Position numbers and translations under genes: made by a program. The notes beneath the pieces are model-generated. The model searched no databases. It saw only the letters and a list, made by a program, of their open reading frames with translations, and was not told the DNA's origin. Shown here piece after piece: positions 27,400 through 37,258 of a stretch of DNA of 58,315 nucleotides (position 1 is its first letter; each line of letters begins with the position of its first letter). This DNA comes from an uncultured Anaeroplasmataceae bacterium (GTDB lineage: Bacteria > Bacillota_I > Bacilli_A > Acholeplasmatales > Anaeroplasmataceae): positions 1 through 58,315 of the forward strand of contig CAZJAM010000004.1 in NCBI GenBank assembly GCA_964544095.1, read 5' to 3'.

Positions 27400-28755
27400 T
27401 TATTCACTATATTTTTCTGATAACTCTCTTAACTGTGGCTTAATATTATCAAATGCCTCAATTATTTTTGGGTCAAATTGAAGTCCTGAATTCATATCCA
27501 TTTCTCTAAATGCTTCCTCTATATCCATAGCTTCTTTATAAACTCTTTTTGATACTAAGGCATCAAAGACATCAGCTACAGTCATTATTCGTGCCTCAAG
27601 TGGTATCATATCTCCTACTAGTCCATCAGGATATCCATTACCATCATAACGTTCATGATGACTATTAGCTATATTTTCTGCGGTAGTTAAAAATTTTTCA
27701 TCTTCTATCGAAGATATAACATTTTTAATAATTTCCTTACCTTTAGTAGAATGTTCTTTCATTTGTTCAAATTCATCAATAGTAAGACGTGCAGGCTTTA
27801 ACAAAATATTATCAGATATTGTTATTTTTCCTATATCATGTAATGGGGCAGCTTTTATTATTAAATCAGCCTTCTCGGGCGTTAAATAACCAGTAAACTT
27901 ACCTTCTTTCATTAATTCTTCTACAAGTAATTTTACATATTCCCTCGTTCTTATTACATGGTTTCCTGTTTCGCTATCTCTATTTTCAATAACAGAGGCA
28001 ATAGATGTAATAATATTTTCTTGCATACAAGTTCTTCTCTCTAAGTTTTTATGAATTGTTGCGGTAAGAGTTGCTTCCTTCAATAATTCTTTACGAGATC
28101 TATGTGCAATTTCAAGGGATAAATATGTAACCACTATAAGACAAATCTCACGAGGTATTACATAATGCTTAAAAAGTTCAAGCATTCTTTTTGGTGTGGC
28201 ATTATCCATTCTAAGTGTATAATTTGCGCTTTCAGAATCATCAAGAAAATATCCAAGTAGATTTTTATCATATAATCCATAAAAATAGCCAATATATACA
28301 GTTAAAGGTATCATTATAAAAGATAGGCCTACAAAAGTTACAAGCCATCTCTTCTTTAAATTGTATTGGCTTATAAGCATTATAGGAATACATAAGGCAA
28401 TAAGCACATGATGTGTAAGTGCACACCCTATTACTGTAATTCCTATATAAATTAAAGTAATTAAACAATATTTAAACCAATACGCTTCTAATACCCTATA
28501 TTCTCTTTTAAGTATTTTATCATTAATAAAATAGATTATAGCTGGAGCCATTAGAATAACTGCAGTTATAATCATTCCAGATATAACAATTGGCGCAAAT
28601 CGCTCAAAAACACCAATATATGACATAAGAATAGATAGAAATAGAAATATACTAATACTTAGACAAAAGCGCGTGTTAAAACGATTGACCTTTATTTCTT
28701 TTTCATGATCAATCATTTTAATTTGTTTTTCAAAACTATAATTATTATATTCCAT
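27400..28755 (-). CDS. Membrane-anchored HD-GYP domain protein (predicted c-di-GMP phosphodiesterase)
   Basis: The N-terminal half carries about 7-8 TM helices. The C-terminal half has HDIGK and HHERYDGNGYPDGL. The ATG at 28755 is preferred over the GTG at 28764. Confidence 0.8.
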   Translation of the reverse strand: MEYNNYSFEKQIKMIDHEKEIKVNRFNTRFCLSISIFLFLSILMSYIGVFERFAPIVISGMIITAVILMAPAIIYFINDKILKREYRVLEAYWFKYCLITLIYIGITVIGCALTHHVLIALCIPIMLISQYNLKKRWLVTFVGLSFIMIPLTVYIGYFYGLYDKNLLGYFLDDSESANYTLRMDNATPKRMLELFKHYVIPREICLIVVTYLSLEIAHRSRKELLKEATLTATIHKNLERRTCMQENIITSIASVIENRDSETGNHVIRTREYVKLLVEELMKEGKFTGYLTPEKADLIIKAAPLHDIGKITISDNILLKPARLTIDEFEQMKEHSTKGKEIIKNVISSIEDEKFLTTAENIANSHHERYDGNGYPDGLVGDMIPLEARIMTVADVFDALVSKRVYKEAMDIEEAFREMDMNSGLQFDPKIIEAFDNIKPQLRELSEKYSE

Positions 28756-28859
28756 ACCAATCACTTCTCTTTATATTATTTTATCATATATTTTTTAAAA
28801 AATGATATCTCTTGGGCATAAAATTATTATTATATAATTATATTAATTTCACAAAATTT

Positions 28860-29042
28860 TTATTTAATTCGCTCAAATGTAAGCTTAATTCTTCCATTAA
28901 GTTCACATTCTTTTACAAGACTCCATCCGTCATTTTTATACTCTAATATCTTGTTATTATAATCTTTTGGATCTACAAGAATTGTTTTGGCTTCAACGTT
29001 TTTACTCATAAATTTATGTATTTTTTCATCTATATTATCCAT
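28860..29042 (-). CDS. Small hypothetical protein, 60 aa
   Basis: Intact ORF with an ATG start and no recognised motif. Whether it is coding is uncertain. Confidence 0.4.
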   Translation of the reverse strand: MDNIDEKIHKFMSKNVEAKTILVDPKDYNNKILEYKNDGWSLVKECELNGRIKLTFERIK

Positions 29043-29118
29043 AATATTACCTCAAAACATTTTATGTAAGTTCATACAAAAGATAGATAATTACTAGTAT
29101 CTAATCCATAAAGCTAAT

Positions 29119-29619
29119 TTATAGATTTTTGCATACGAAATCAAGATATTCTGCTGCTTTTGCAGTAAGCACTTGATATCCAAAATAATATAATACTTTA
29201 TGATAAAGTTCTTCTTTTGTATATCCTTCTTTAATATATTCTTTAACTACATTTGATATTTCTTCTTTAGGAATATCATATATTTGTCTGACATATCCAA
29301 CTCTTATATAGTTAATATCAAATATTCCTCTATCAGGCCAAATAACATTATCAAATAAATTAGTTGTTTCCATAAAACCAAATGATTTAAGATGAGGAAT
29401 AATTATATCTAAGGCTTTTTGTGAAATTTTACCAATACCAAATGCCTCTCTTAATCTTTCCTTTAGTGTATTATATGTTAATGGTCCTTCTGTATTAACA
29501 ATATTTTCTAAATCAAAATCAAGATTTTTTAATACTTCACTATTTCCCTCATACATTAAATCTAGATTAAGTGGCTTATAATCACTACACTTAATATATT
29601 TTTTTTCTAAAATCGCCAT
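29119..29619 (-). CDS. Hypothetical protein resembling the stand-alone C-terminal DUF3320-type module of large helicase/nuclease proteins
   Basis: 166 aa with RBS AAGGAG. The segment ENIVNTEGPLTYNTLKERLREAFGIGKISQKALDIIIPHL resembles the (I/V)xxEGPIxxxxLxxRLxxAxGxxRxG pattern from memory. This was not verified by search. Confidence 0.4.
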   Translation of the reverse strand: MAILEKKYIKCSDYKPLNLDLMYEGNSEVLKNLDFDLENIVNTEGPLTYNTLKERLREAFGIGKISQKALDIIIPHLKSFGFMETTNLFDNVIWPDRGIFDINYIRVGYVRQIYDIPKEEISNVVKEYIKEGYTKEELYHKVLYYFGYQVLTAKAAEYLDFVCKNL

Positions 29620-29674
29620 ATATACTCCTTATATATTTCTAATTTAATTATAATAGATTTTTATTCTTTTTCAA

Positions 29675-30436
29675 TCATTTATAAGCAATAAAGAATAACC
29701 TTGGCATTTTTAATATTACACTATTATCGCTATGAAGCTTATATGATTTATTAATTTCTTCTTGAAGATCATTTAAAAATTCATTCTTTTCATTATCATT
29801 TAGCGCATCTAAATATGGCTTAAGGCCAGAACCTTTATACCATTCTATAACACCTTCAAGGCCTAATACTTTGTGATAATAAACTGTTTCCCACATTTTA
29901 AAATCACTAAATTTATCTAAGAGTAAATCATAATAACCTTCAGGTGTTAATTGATGAAATACCTTAATACTCTTTAGTTTATTCCATTTAGGATTATTAT
30001 CAAGCATTTTATAAAGTAGCTTATAAAAATCACTTTCGTATGTAAGAGGTAGTTGAATCGCAACTACTCCTCCAATCTCTAAGGCATTATGTATTGAATC
30101 AAATAATTTATTTTGGTCACTTATCCAGTGAATACAAGCATTAGAAAATATTAAATCAAATTTACCAAGAGGCCTTAAATTCATAGCATCCATCTCTATA
30201 AATTTAAGGTCTGGATGTTTTAAATTAGCTTCCATAACCATATTTTTTGATTGATCTATTCCTATTATATTAGCTCTATCAAATACCTTTTTTAGCTCAT
30301 AAGTTGAATTACCAGGTCCACTTCCTATATCAAGAATATTTAGGGGATTTATATTAAGTTTTGATATTAAATCCCTTACTGGTTCTGTTCTTTCATTTAA
30401 AAATTTCTTATAATCATCTACATTCCATTCACTCAT
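29675..30436 (-). CDS. tam: Class I SAM-dependent methyltransferase, trans-aconitate 2-methyltransferase (Tam)-like
   Basis: 253 aa. W..DDY..F...RT.P..DL is followed by the SAM motif ILDIGSGPGNST, then FSNACIHWI and VVAIQLP. Confidence 0.7.
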   Translation of the reverse strand: MSEWNVDDYKKFLNERTEPVRDLISKLNINPLNILDIGSGPGNSTYELKKVFDRANIIGIDQSKNMVMEANLKHPDLKFIEMDAMNLRPLGKFDLIFSNACIHWISDQNKLFDSIHNALEIGGVVAIQLPLTYESDFYKLLYKMLDNNPKWNKLKSIKVFHQLTPEGYYDLLLDKFSDFKMWETVYYHKVLGLEGVIEWYKGSGLKPYLDALNDNEKNEFLNDLQEEINKSYKLHSDNSVILKMPRLFFIAYK

Positions 30437-30475
30437 AAAAGCACCGCCTTATAAAATAATTATATAATTAAACTT

Positions 30476-30504
30476 AAAAGAAAAAAAGAGGTTTGCACCT
30501 CTTT
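30476..30504 (-). terminator. Rho-independent terminator after the BI-1-like/152-aa unit
   Basis: A perfect 8-bp stem AAAGAGGT/ACCTCTTT with loop GCAA is followed by UUUUCUUUU. Confidence 0.65.
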
Positions 30505-30508
30505 ATTT

Positions 30509-30967
30509 TTATAATAGGTAGTAGTCTCCTTCAACTTTAACTACATTAACCTTCTCTGCTTTGGCTCCAAGATTTACCTTAAATGCCTTACGGTTATATA
30601 CTTCACCCTCAAGCTTAACATCAACAGTTGTTTCTTCAATAGATGTAATTTTATATACATCCTCTCTCTTACGAGCACAAACAAGTGTATTATCCATCTT
30701 TGGCTTATCTTCACCAAATACAATAATATAACCTAAATCTTCATGATTTTCTGCATCAAAAGATGTGCTATTTAATAAGCCATTTCCAGTATAAAATACA
30801 TATTCTTCATTAGCTTTACCAAATGCTTGTTTAATATTGTTTTCAAGTTGAGCGTCATTAACCTTTTTCTTAAGTTTAGAGAAAAATCCTTCTTTTTTCT
30901 CTTCCTTATTTTCAGTCTTAGTATCCTTTAGAGTTACCTCTGCATCAATTACCTTATCATTTCCCAT
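30509..30967 (-). CDS. Hypothetical soluble protein, 152 aa
   Basis: Intact ORF with RBS AGGAG 9 nt upstream and a Lys/Glu-rich N-terminus. No motif was recognised. Confidence 0.6.
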   Translation of the reverse strand: MGNDKVIDAEVTLKDTKTENKEEKKEGFFSKLKKKVNDAQLENNIKQAFGKANEEYVFYTGNGLLNSTSFDAENHEDLGYIIVFGEDKPKMDNTLVCARKREDVYKITSIEETTVDVKLEGEVYNRKAFKVNLGAKAEKVNVVKVEGDYYLL

Positions 30968-30987
30968 AATTAGTATCTCCTTCTTTT

Positions 30988-31740
30988 TTAGTCTTTATGC
31001 ATAATTGACATTATATAAATCAATAGTCTTAATACTTCTACGTAAATATATAAAATAGATAATATTAAGCCAAATGCAGCTACCCATTCAAATTCTTTTG
31101 TGGCACCACTTTTTACATATGTTACTGCTTCATCAAAGTTAAAGAATAACATTGTGCATCCATACATAACATATAGTACTTCTATTAATATTAAAAGACT
31201 CATATGTGTTTTAATAGTTTCTTGTGAACCAGCTATATTAAATAAGCTTAATACAAGTAAAACTAATGAAACCGCAACTATTGAACATAATATTAGTATA
31301 GCGACGCTTCTAAGCTTATTTGTATTTCTTAAAGCGCCACTAGCAAATAATGCTAGGCATACTACAAATATTACGATGGTTGTCGCTACTGCGATTACAC
31401 CAATTCCATTATAAGCTAAATCGGCAAGTAGTGTAATCATACCAATCGCTACACCCTCACACAAGGAATAGATTATTCCAGCGCCTTCTGCAGCCTTAGG
31501 ATTACTTCTTCCTATAATAACCGCAACAAGACCTACTATAAATGAGATAACAAGAGCTACTGAATAGATTGCGATACTATTTAACTTATACATAAATATT
31601 CCTGACAATATTCCAGCAATTCCTGTAATTCCTAAAAGTAATAGTGTTTTTAAAGTAATTCCTTGATATGTAGCAGTATCTTCTGATACATAACAACTAG
31701 AAGTTTCAACATTTGTAAACATAGGATTTGAATTTATCAT
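30988..31740 (-). CDS. Bax-inhibitor-1/YccA-like polytopic membrane protein
   Basis: 250 aa with about 7 TM helices. The N-terminus NSNPMF....(T)YQGITLKTLLLLGI resembles the COG4760/BI-1 family pattern. The RBS AGGTGA lies 5 nt upstream. Confidence 0.55.
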   Translation of the reverse strand: MINSNPMFTNVETSSCYVSEDTATYQGITLKTLLLLGITGIAGILSGIFMYKLNSIAIYSVALVISFIVGLVAVIIGRSNPKAAEGAGIIYSLCEGVAIGMITLLADLAYNGIGVIAVATTIVIFVVCLALFASGALRNTNKLRSVAILILCSIVAVSLVLLVLSLFNIAGSQETIKTHMSLLILIEVLYVMYGCTMLFFNFDEAVTYVKSGATKEFEWVAAFGLILSILYIYVEVLRLLIYIMSIMHKD

Positions 31741-31827
31741 TCACATCACCTCTACAAAAGTAATTTTAACATTTATATATTGATTTTACAATAAATGAAG
31801 TCAAATAACATAATTTCACAAAATTAA

Positions 31828-34800
31828 CTATATAGCGAATAGGCCTGTTTCTTCAATAGGATCTTCTTCAGGAAGATCACCAAAGGCTCCCATTTTTCTA
31901 AATTCCTCAGATAATGTTTGATTAAGACGAGTACGCTTATTTACATCTTCTATTGATGTAAACATCTTCTCTTCTCTCTTCATCTTTATATTTTCTGCAG
32001 CAGATGGACCTAAGCCATCAACAGCCGCAAATGGAATTCTTAAAGCTCCATCTACTAATCCACCTTCAATATTAAATATCTCTGAATCACTCTTTTTAAT
32101 ATCTACAGGTAGGAATTTAATACCACGAGCCTTTGCCTCAAGACATACTTGAAGTGAAGTTATTAAATCTTCATCTTTAGCTGTACGATCATTTGATTGA
32201 ATATCAGAAAGCTTTTTAATCTTCTTTTTAATATCAGCCTCACTACCAAGCATTGCGTATACATCATATGCCTTAGCACGCTTAGATAGATATGCACTAT
32301 AGAACATCGCTGGCTTATATACTTTAAACCAAGCTATACGTAATGCCATTATAATATAGGCAATAGCGTGAGCTTTAGGAAACATATATTCTATTTGTTC
32401 ACAAGACCAAATATAATAATCAGGTACCCTCGCATCCCTCATATCTTTCTTAAATGCTTCCCAACCTTCAGGATCCTTTGACTTCTTATTCTTACGAACG
32501 AATTCCATAATCTTAAATGCCTTACCGGGTTCCATTCCAAATGCCATTAAGTCAACCATTATATCATCACGACATCCTATAATCTTATCAAATGTAAGAG
32601 TTCCAAATCCAGTTGGATTTTTAGGATCTACAAGCTGTTGTGCATTACCTACCCATACACCTGTACCATGTGATAGACCTGAAATTTTTACTAATTCAGC
32701 AAATGTTTTTGGCATAGTTTCAAGTAGCATTTGTCTTACAAATGGAGTTCCAAGTTCTGGAACCGCAAATGAAGCTACTTCAGAATCTATTTGTTCTGGC
32801 TTTAAACCAATAGTTTTTGTTGAACAGAATAGTCCAAATACATTATGATCATCAAGTGGAATATTACGTGGGTCACTAAATGGGAATTCATCTTGATGAA
32901 GATGTACAATATCCATAAAGTATTTAATAAGAGTTGGATCATCGTGTCCTAGTACATCAAGTTTTAATAAATTATCCTCAAATGCATGATAATCAAAGTG
33001 AGTTGTTCTCCATGCGCTTGTATCATCATTAGCGGCATATTGAATAGGTGTTACATCATATATATCAATACGTTTTGGCACAACAACTATTCCACCAGGG
33101 TGTTGTCCTGTTGTAACCTTAACTCCTGTAATCTTTGTTGCGATTCTATCAATTTCACAATCTCTTAATACTATATTATGCTTTTCAAGATAAGCTTTAA
33201 CATATCCATATGCCTTCTTATCTTGGACAGCACTTACAGTACCTCCTCTAAATGAATGATCATATCCCATCATCTTACGAACAAATAGGTGAGCAGTTGG
33301 TTGATATTCTCCCGAGAAGTTTAAATCAATATCAGGTATTTTATCTCCTTTAAATCCTAAGAATGTTTCAAATGGTATACAGTGACCATCCTTCTTCATA
33401 GGAGTTCCACACTTAGGACAGTTCATATCAGGTAAGTCAAATCCTGATCCTACCTTACTTAATACATCTTGAAGATTCTTTTCTTCTTCACACTGTATCC
33501 ACTCAGTTTCAGTATCACTAAACTTAATAGCCATAAATTTACACTTAGGGCATAGATAATGAGGAGGTAGAGCATTAACTTCTGTAATATTCATCATGAA
33601 TGCCGCAAGAGATGATCCTACAGATCCACGGGAACCTACTAAGTATCCATGGTCAAGAGAATCTTTAACCATTAAATACGCCATAAAGTATGTTGAATAA
33701 TATCCTGATGAAATAATTGATTTCAATTCACGATCAATTCTAGCTTTAACAAATGGGTGAACATTCTCTCCATAAAGTTCTAATTCATTTTTTCTTATAA
33801 CTTCCTTCATTCCCTCAATCATTGAAGGATAACGTAATTCAGGACATTCATGATCTGCAAATTCATCATCTGCAGGTACATACATTGCGCCATCACCTTT
33901 TTTAAATACTACAATAGGTTCTACCATATCAGCAACCTTATTAGTATTTGTAACTACTATTTCATAAGCTAAATCTCTATCAAGATAATTAAATTCATCA
34001 AGCATTTCTGATGTAGTTCTTAAGTGTGCATCAGGCACTACTCCTTCACTAAGGTATCCTGCAAGCTCATGACGTCCTCCACCACTCTTTGGTGAATCTA
34101 TTAAAATATTACGATATTTCTTATCTTTCTTGTCAATATAATAACATTCTGATGTTGCGACAACCATTTTTCCTTGTCTCTTAGCTTCCGCAATAATCTT
34201 TTTTACAGTATTTTGTATAATTTCAAGACCATTACGAACATCACTAAGTTCTTTTATTAAATGGTCATAAGAATGTATTGGTTGAACCTCAATTACATCA
34301 TATTTTGAAATAGCATATGCAAGTTCTGTATCTGAACGATTTAATGCATTTTCAAAAACATCACTAAATGAATTTCCAGATAAGAATAATACACCATCAT
34401 GATATTCTTCCACAACAGACTGAAGCATTCTTGCGTCACCTGATACATGGGTAGTTAAGGCATCAGATACAATCTTAAACATATTCTTATATCCATGTTG
34501 ATTTAATGCGATTACTCTCGCTCTATTAGGGAATACATTTTTAATTCCCTTTGGATTATCAAGAAGTAATTTATTTAAATCCTTATATTCTGTATAACCT
34601 AATGATTGAAGTTTTGGAATCATTTGGATAAAACATTCCGCAAGCACTCTTGTATCATCATTCGCTCTATGGTGATGATCTTGTTTAACTTTAAAGAATT
34701 TTGAAATTGCCTTTAAGTTAAACTTAGATAATTCACCATTATATGCATAATGCATTAATCTTAAGGTATCAATTCCTGCAAAATCTATATCTTCCATATT

Positions 34801-36360
34801 ATTTTGTCTAAGCTTTGCGCGAATAAATCCAATATCGAAATCAGCATTATGGGCAACTATAATACAATTTTTAGAATATTCAACAAATTTTTTAAGCGCT
34901 TCTTCTATAGGAAGAGCATCTTTAACCATTTCATTTGTAATAGATGTAAGAGATGTAATCTTATCTGAAATAGGAATTAATGGTTTTACAAAATCATCAT
35001 ATTGATCAATTATTTGACAATTTTTAACCTTAGCACATGAAATTTCAATAATTGAATCATAGTTTTGGCTAAATCCTGTAGTTTCAATATCAAATACTAC
35101 ATATGTCGCATCTTTTAAATTAAAATCTCCTTTTCCATATGTAATATGAAGTGCCTTATCATCTACATAATCGAGATCACATCCATAAAGAGGTTTTATA
35201 TTATCTTCTGGCTTTAACGCATGGAAAATATCAGATATTACATAAACACCATTGTGATCTGTAAAACCAATCGCTTTATGTCCCCATGCCTTTGCGCACT
35301 TTAAATATTCCTTAGCCTCATTAAGTCCGTCAAAGTTTGAAAGTTTAGTATGACAACAAAGTTCTACTCTCTTTTCTACTGCTTCATCCTTACCATAATT
35401 AATGGTTTCTATTCCAAGCACATCAAGATTCTTTACAATCATTAAAACATCATGTTCATACTGGTCATATTGAACTTCACCTGTAACCTCACAAGTCATA
35501 AATTTGCCTGATGAAACATTTTCTACAATTTCGTTATATTTCTTAAGTGCTTCGTCCCCACGAATAAATGATTTTATAACTATTGAATCAGTTTCATCTG
35601 TAATAGATCCTACAAATAGATTTGTGCTTTTTAAAGGTCTAACTTCAGCCTTAAAAATAGTACCCACTATCTTAAATCTTGCAGGTCCTACCTCATTTAA
35701 GAATCTAGCTAATTCCTCTTGAGTAGATGGAATGTTTTTAATCTCATAAGCGTTATTTTTAAATTTATATGTTTTATCATTTTTAACTGATAAATTCTTA
35801 GCATTATCTGATTCCGTAGCCTTAGCTTTAATCTCTCTTATTTCAAGCTCTGTTTTCTTTCTTTCTATCTCTTCGGCAGCTAATATCTTTGCCTTCTCCT
35901 CTTCAGATTCCATAAGTTTAATAAAGATATTTAAAGATGATTCCTTAAATTCTTTTACAATTTCATCAGCCATTTGTAAAAACTGTGTAGTTACTTGGTC
36001 TACATAGATTGTGATTGTAGAAGCCTCATATGTCTTTTTGAAATCATAAAATATTTCAAAAAGTGGACTAGTTTTAGTTAGCACCCCCACAAAGTGCTTA
36101 AAATATTTAAATATTTCTTCCTCACTTAAATTATTCTCTAGATATTCTATATTAAAATTAACAAACGCATTTTGTGATGCGAATAGCTCTTTGTTTTTAG
36201 AGTAAAAAACCTCGCGTTCCTCCAAGGTTAATGCCTTATCAATGGTAACATCAAGGTTAAATGTTTTTTTACTCTTTTCAAGAATAATTTTATTAACTTT
36301 TAAATTATTATTTGTAAAATCAAACCCTCCGATTTTTTTTATGGTATCAACATAGCTCAT
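31828..36360 (-). CDS. polC: DNA polymerase III alpha subunit, Gram-positive PolC type
   Basis: 1510 aa. The intrinsic 3'-5' exonuclease motifs are VVFDIETTG, HNADFDIGF and HHRANDDT. A PHP domain is present, the polymerase active site is PDIDLNF and the Zn-finger-like segments are CPKCKF...CPKCG. Confidence 0.97.
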   Translation of the reverse strand: MSYVDTIKKIGGFDFTNNNLKVNKIILEKSKKTFNLDVTIDKALTLEEREVFYSKNKELFASQNAFVNFNIEYLENNLSEEEIFKYFKHFVGVLTKTSPLFEIFYDFKKTYEASTITIYVDQVTTQFLQMADEIVKEFKESSLNIFIKLMESEEEKAKILAAEEIERKKTELEIREIKAKATESDNAKNLSVKNDKTYKFKNNAYEIKNIPSTQEELARFLNEVGPARFKIVGTIFKAEVRPLKSTNLFVGSITDETDSIVIKSFIRGDEALKKYNEIVENVSSGKFMTCEVTGEVQYDQYEHDVLMIVKNLDVLGIETINYGKDEAVEKRVELCCHTKLSNFDGLNEAKEYLKCAKAWGHKAIGFTDHNGVYVISDIFHALKPEDNIKPLYGCDLDYVDDKALHITYGKGDFNLKDATYVVFDIETTGFSQNYDSIIEISCAKVKNCQIIDQYDDFVKPLIPISDKITSLTSITNEMVKDALPIEEALKKFVEYSKNCIIVAHNADFDIGFIRAKLRQNNMEDIDFAGIDTLRLMHYAYNGELSKFNLKAISKFFKVKQDHHHRANDDTRVLAECFIQMIPKLQSLGYTEYKDLNKLLLDNPKGIKNVFPNRARVIALNQHGYKNMFKIVSDALTTHVSGDARMLQSVVEEYHDGVLFLSGNSFSDVFENALNRSDTELAYAISKYDVIEVQPIHSYDHLIKELSDVRNGLEIIQNTVKKIIAEAKRQGKMVVATSECYYIDKKDKKYRNILIDSPKSGGGRHELAGYLSEGVVPDAHLRTTSEMLDEFNYLDRDLAYEIVVTNTNKVADMVEPIVVFKKGDGAMYVPADDEFADHECPELRYPSMIEGMKEVIRKNELELYGENVHPFVKARIDRELKSIISSGYYSTYFMAYLMVKDSLDHGYLVGSRGSVGSSLAAFMMNITEVNALPPHYLCPKCKFMAIKFSDTETEWIQCEEEKNLQDVLSKVGSGFDLPDMNCPKCGTPMKKDGHCIPFETFLGFKGDKIPDIDLNFSGEYQPTAHLFVRKMMGYDHSFRGGTVSAVQDKKAYGYVKAYLEKHNIVLRDCEIDRIATKITGVKVTTGQHPGGIVVVPKRIDIYDVTPIQYAANDDTSAWRTTHFDYHAFEDNLLKLDVLGHDDPTLIKYFMDIVHLHQDEFPFSDPRNIPLDDHNVFGLFCSTKTIGLKPEQIDSEVASFAVPELGTPFVRQMLLETMPKTFAELVKISGLSHGTGVWVGNAQQLVDPKNPTGFGTLTFDKIIGCRDDIMVDLMAFGMEPGKAFKIMEFVRKNKKSKDPEGWEAFKKDMRDARVPDYYIWSCEQIEYMFPKAHAIAYIIMALRIAWFKVYKPAMFYSAYLSKRAKAYDVYAMLGSEADIKKKIKKLSDIQSNDRTAKDEDLITSLQVCLEAKARGIKFLPVDIKKSDSEIFNIEGGLVDGALRIPFAAVDGLGPSAAENIKMKREEKMFTSIEDVNKRTRLNQTLSEEFRKMGAFGDLPEEDPIEETGLFAI

Positions 36361-36373
36361 AATAAATCCCCCT

Positions 36374-37153
36374 TTATTGTTGTTTTTTTATTCTTATAAT
36401 ATTTCTACAAGCAATACCCATAAATATAAATGATATAATGGCCCCTATATAGAATAACCAGCTCACCCCCATAAATACACCAACTATATAGGATACAAAA
36501 GACCAAGTCATTGAATATACCGCAACATTTGCCCTTATTTTTCTTGGTAAAAATGGATTAAAGGCACTTCCTGAATACATAAGAACTGCGAATACTATTA
36601 AAAACTGAATTAATAATCCCAAAACATTACTAGAAAGTTGTTGTGGTATCGCAATTTTAAGATATTCATCATATCCAAGATTAATATAATCCATAAGTTT
36701 ATAGATTTCATTAAAATTCTTTTCCTGAATTTTTGAAATATCAAGACTGGAATCCTCAAGAGATGAATACATTGTCTTATTAATCTCGGCATAATTATTA
36801 TTTGATATAACTTCTACAATAAAATAATCCTCAAAGAATACAATAGATAACTCTGCCTTAGTATCTTTGTCATTAAAAGCTACCGCAATACTTCCATTAG
36901 TATAAACCTTATAATCAGTTGTATTAAGCTTATTATTCTCTATTTTAATTGTAGATGTTTCATCATTATATATTTGTTGAAATAAAACTACTTCATCAGA
37001 ATATGAAAGGTCGTCAATATTTGAGACTTCAGCAAAGCTTGGAGTTAAGCATAATATAAAAAATAATACAAAATATAAAACAACTCTCCATGCTTTATCA
37101 GCTAAATAAGCACCTATATATTTTGGTCTAAATAAGCTATCAAAAAGTCTCAT
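36374..37153 (-). CDS. Membrane protein, DUF1189/YvdJ-like
   Basis: 259 aa. The N-terminus MRLFDSLFRPKYIG...WRVVLYFVLFFIL and the C-terminal TM helices fit the DUF1189 layout. The family call is from memory. Confidence 0.45.
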   Translation of the reverse strand: MRLFDSLFRPKYIGAYLADKAWRVVLYFVLFFILCLTPSFAEVSNIDDLSYSDEVVLFQQIYNDETSTIKIENNKLNTTDYKVYTNGSIAVAFNDKDTKAELSIVFFEDYFIVEVISNNNYAEINKTMYSSLEDSSLDISKIQEKNFNEIYKLMDYINLGYDEYLKIAIPQQLSSNVLGLLIQFLIVFAVLMYSGSAFNPFLPRKIRANVAVYSMTWSFVSYIVGVFMGVSWLFYIGAIISFIFMGIACRNIIRIKKQQ

Positions 37154-37258
37154 ACCCTCATATCCTTTCTATCTAATTTCTTCTAGCATTTATGATTATA
37201 TCATAATTAACTCGCAAATACACCATTATTTATGATAAAATTATTTTGGTGATTTAAT

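Noticed and set aside
31828-36360. PolC is somewhat long (1510 aa) and has a Lys/Glu-rich stretch near residues 150-200, which could be an insertion.
   Set aside because: Charged linkers between the N-terminal domain and the OB domain are normal in PolC proteins. All catalytic modules are collinear, so there is no sign of an intein or an inserted domain.
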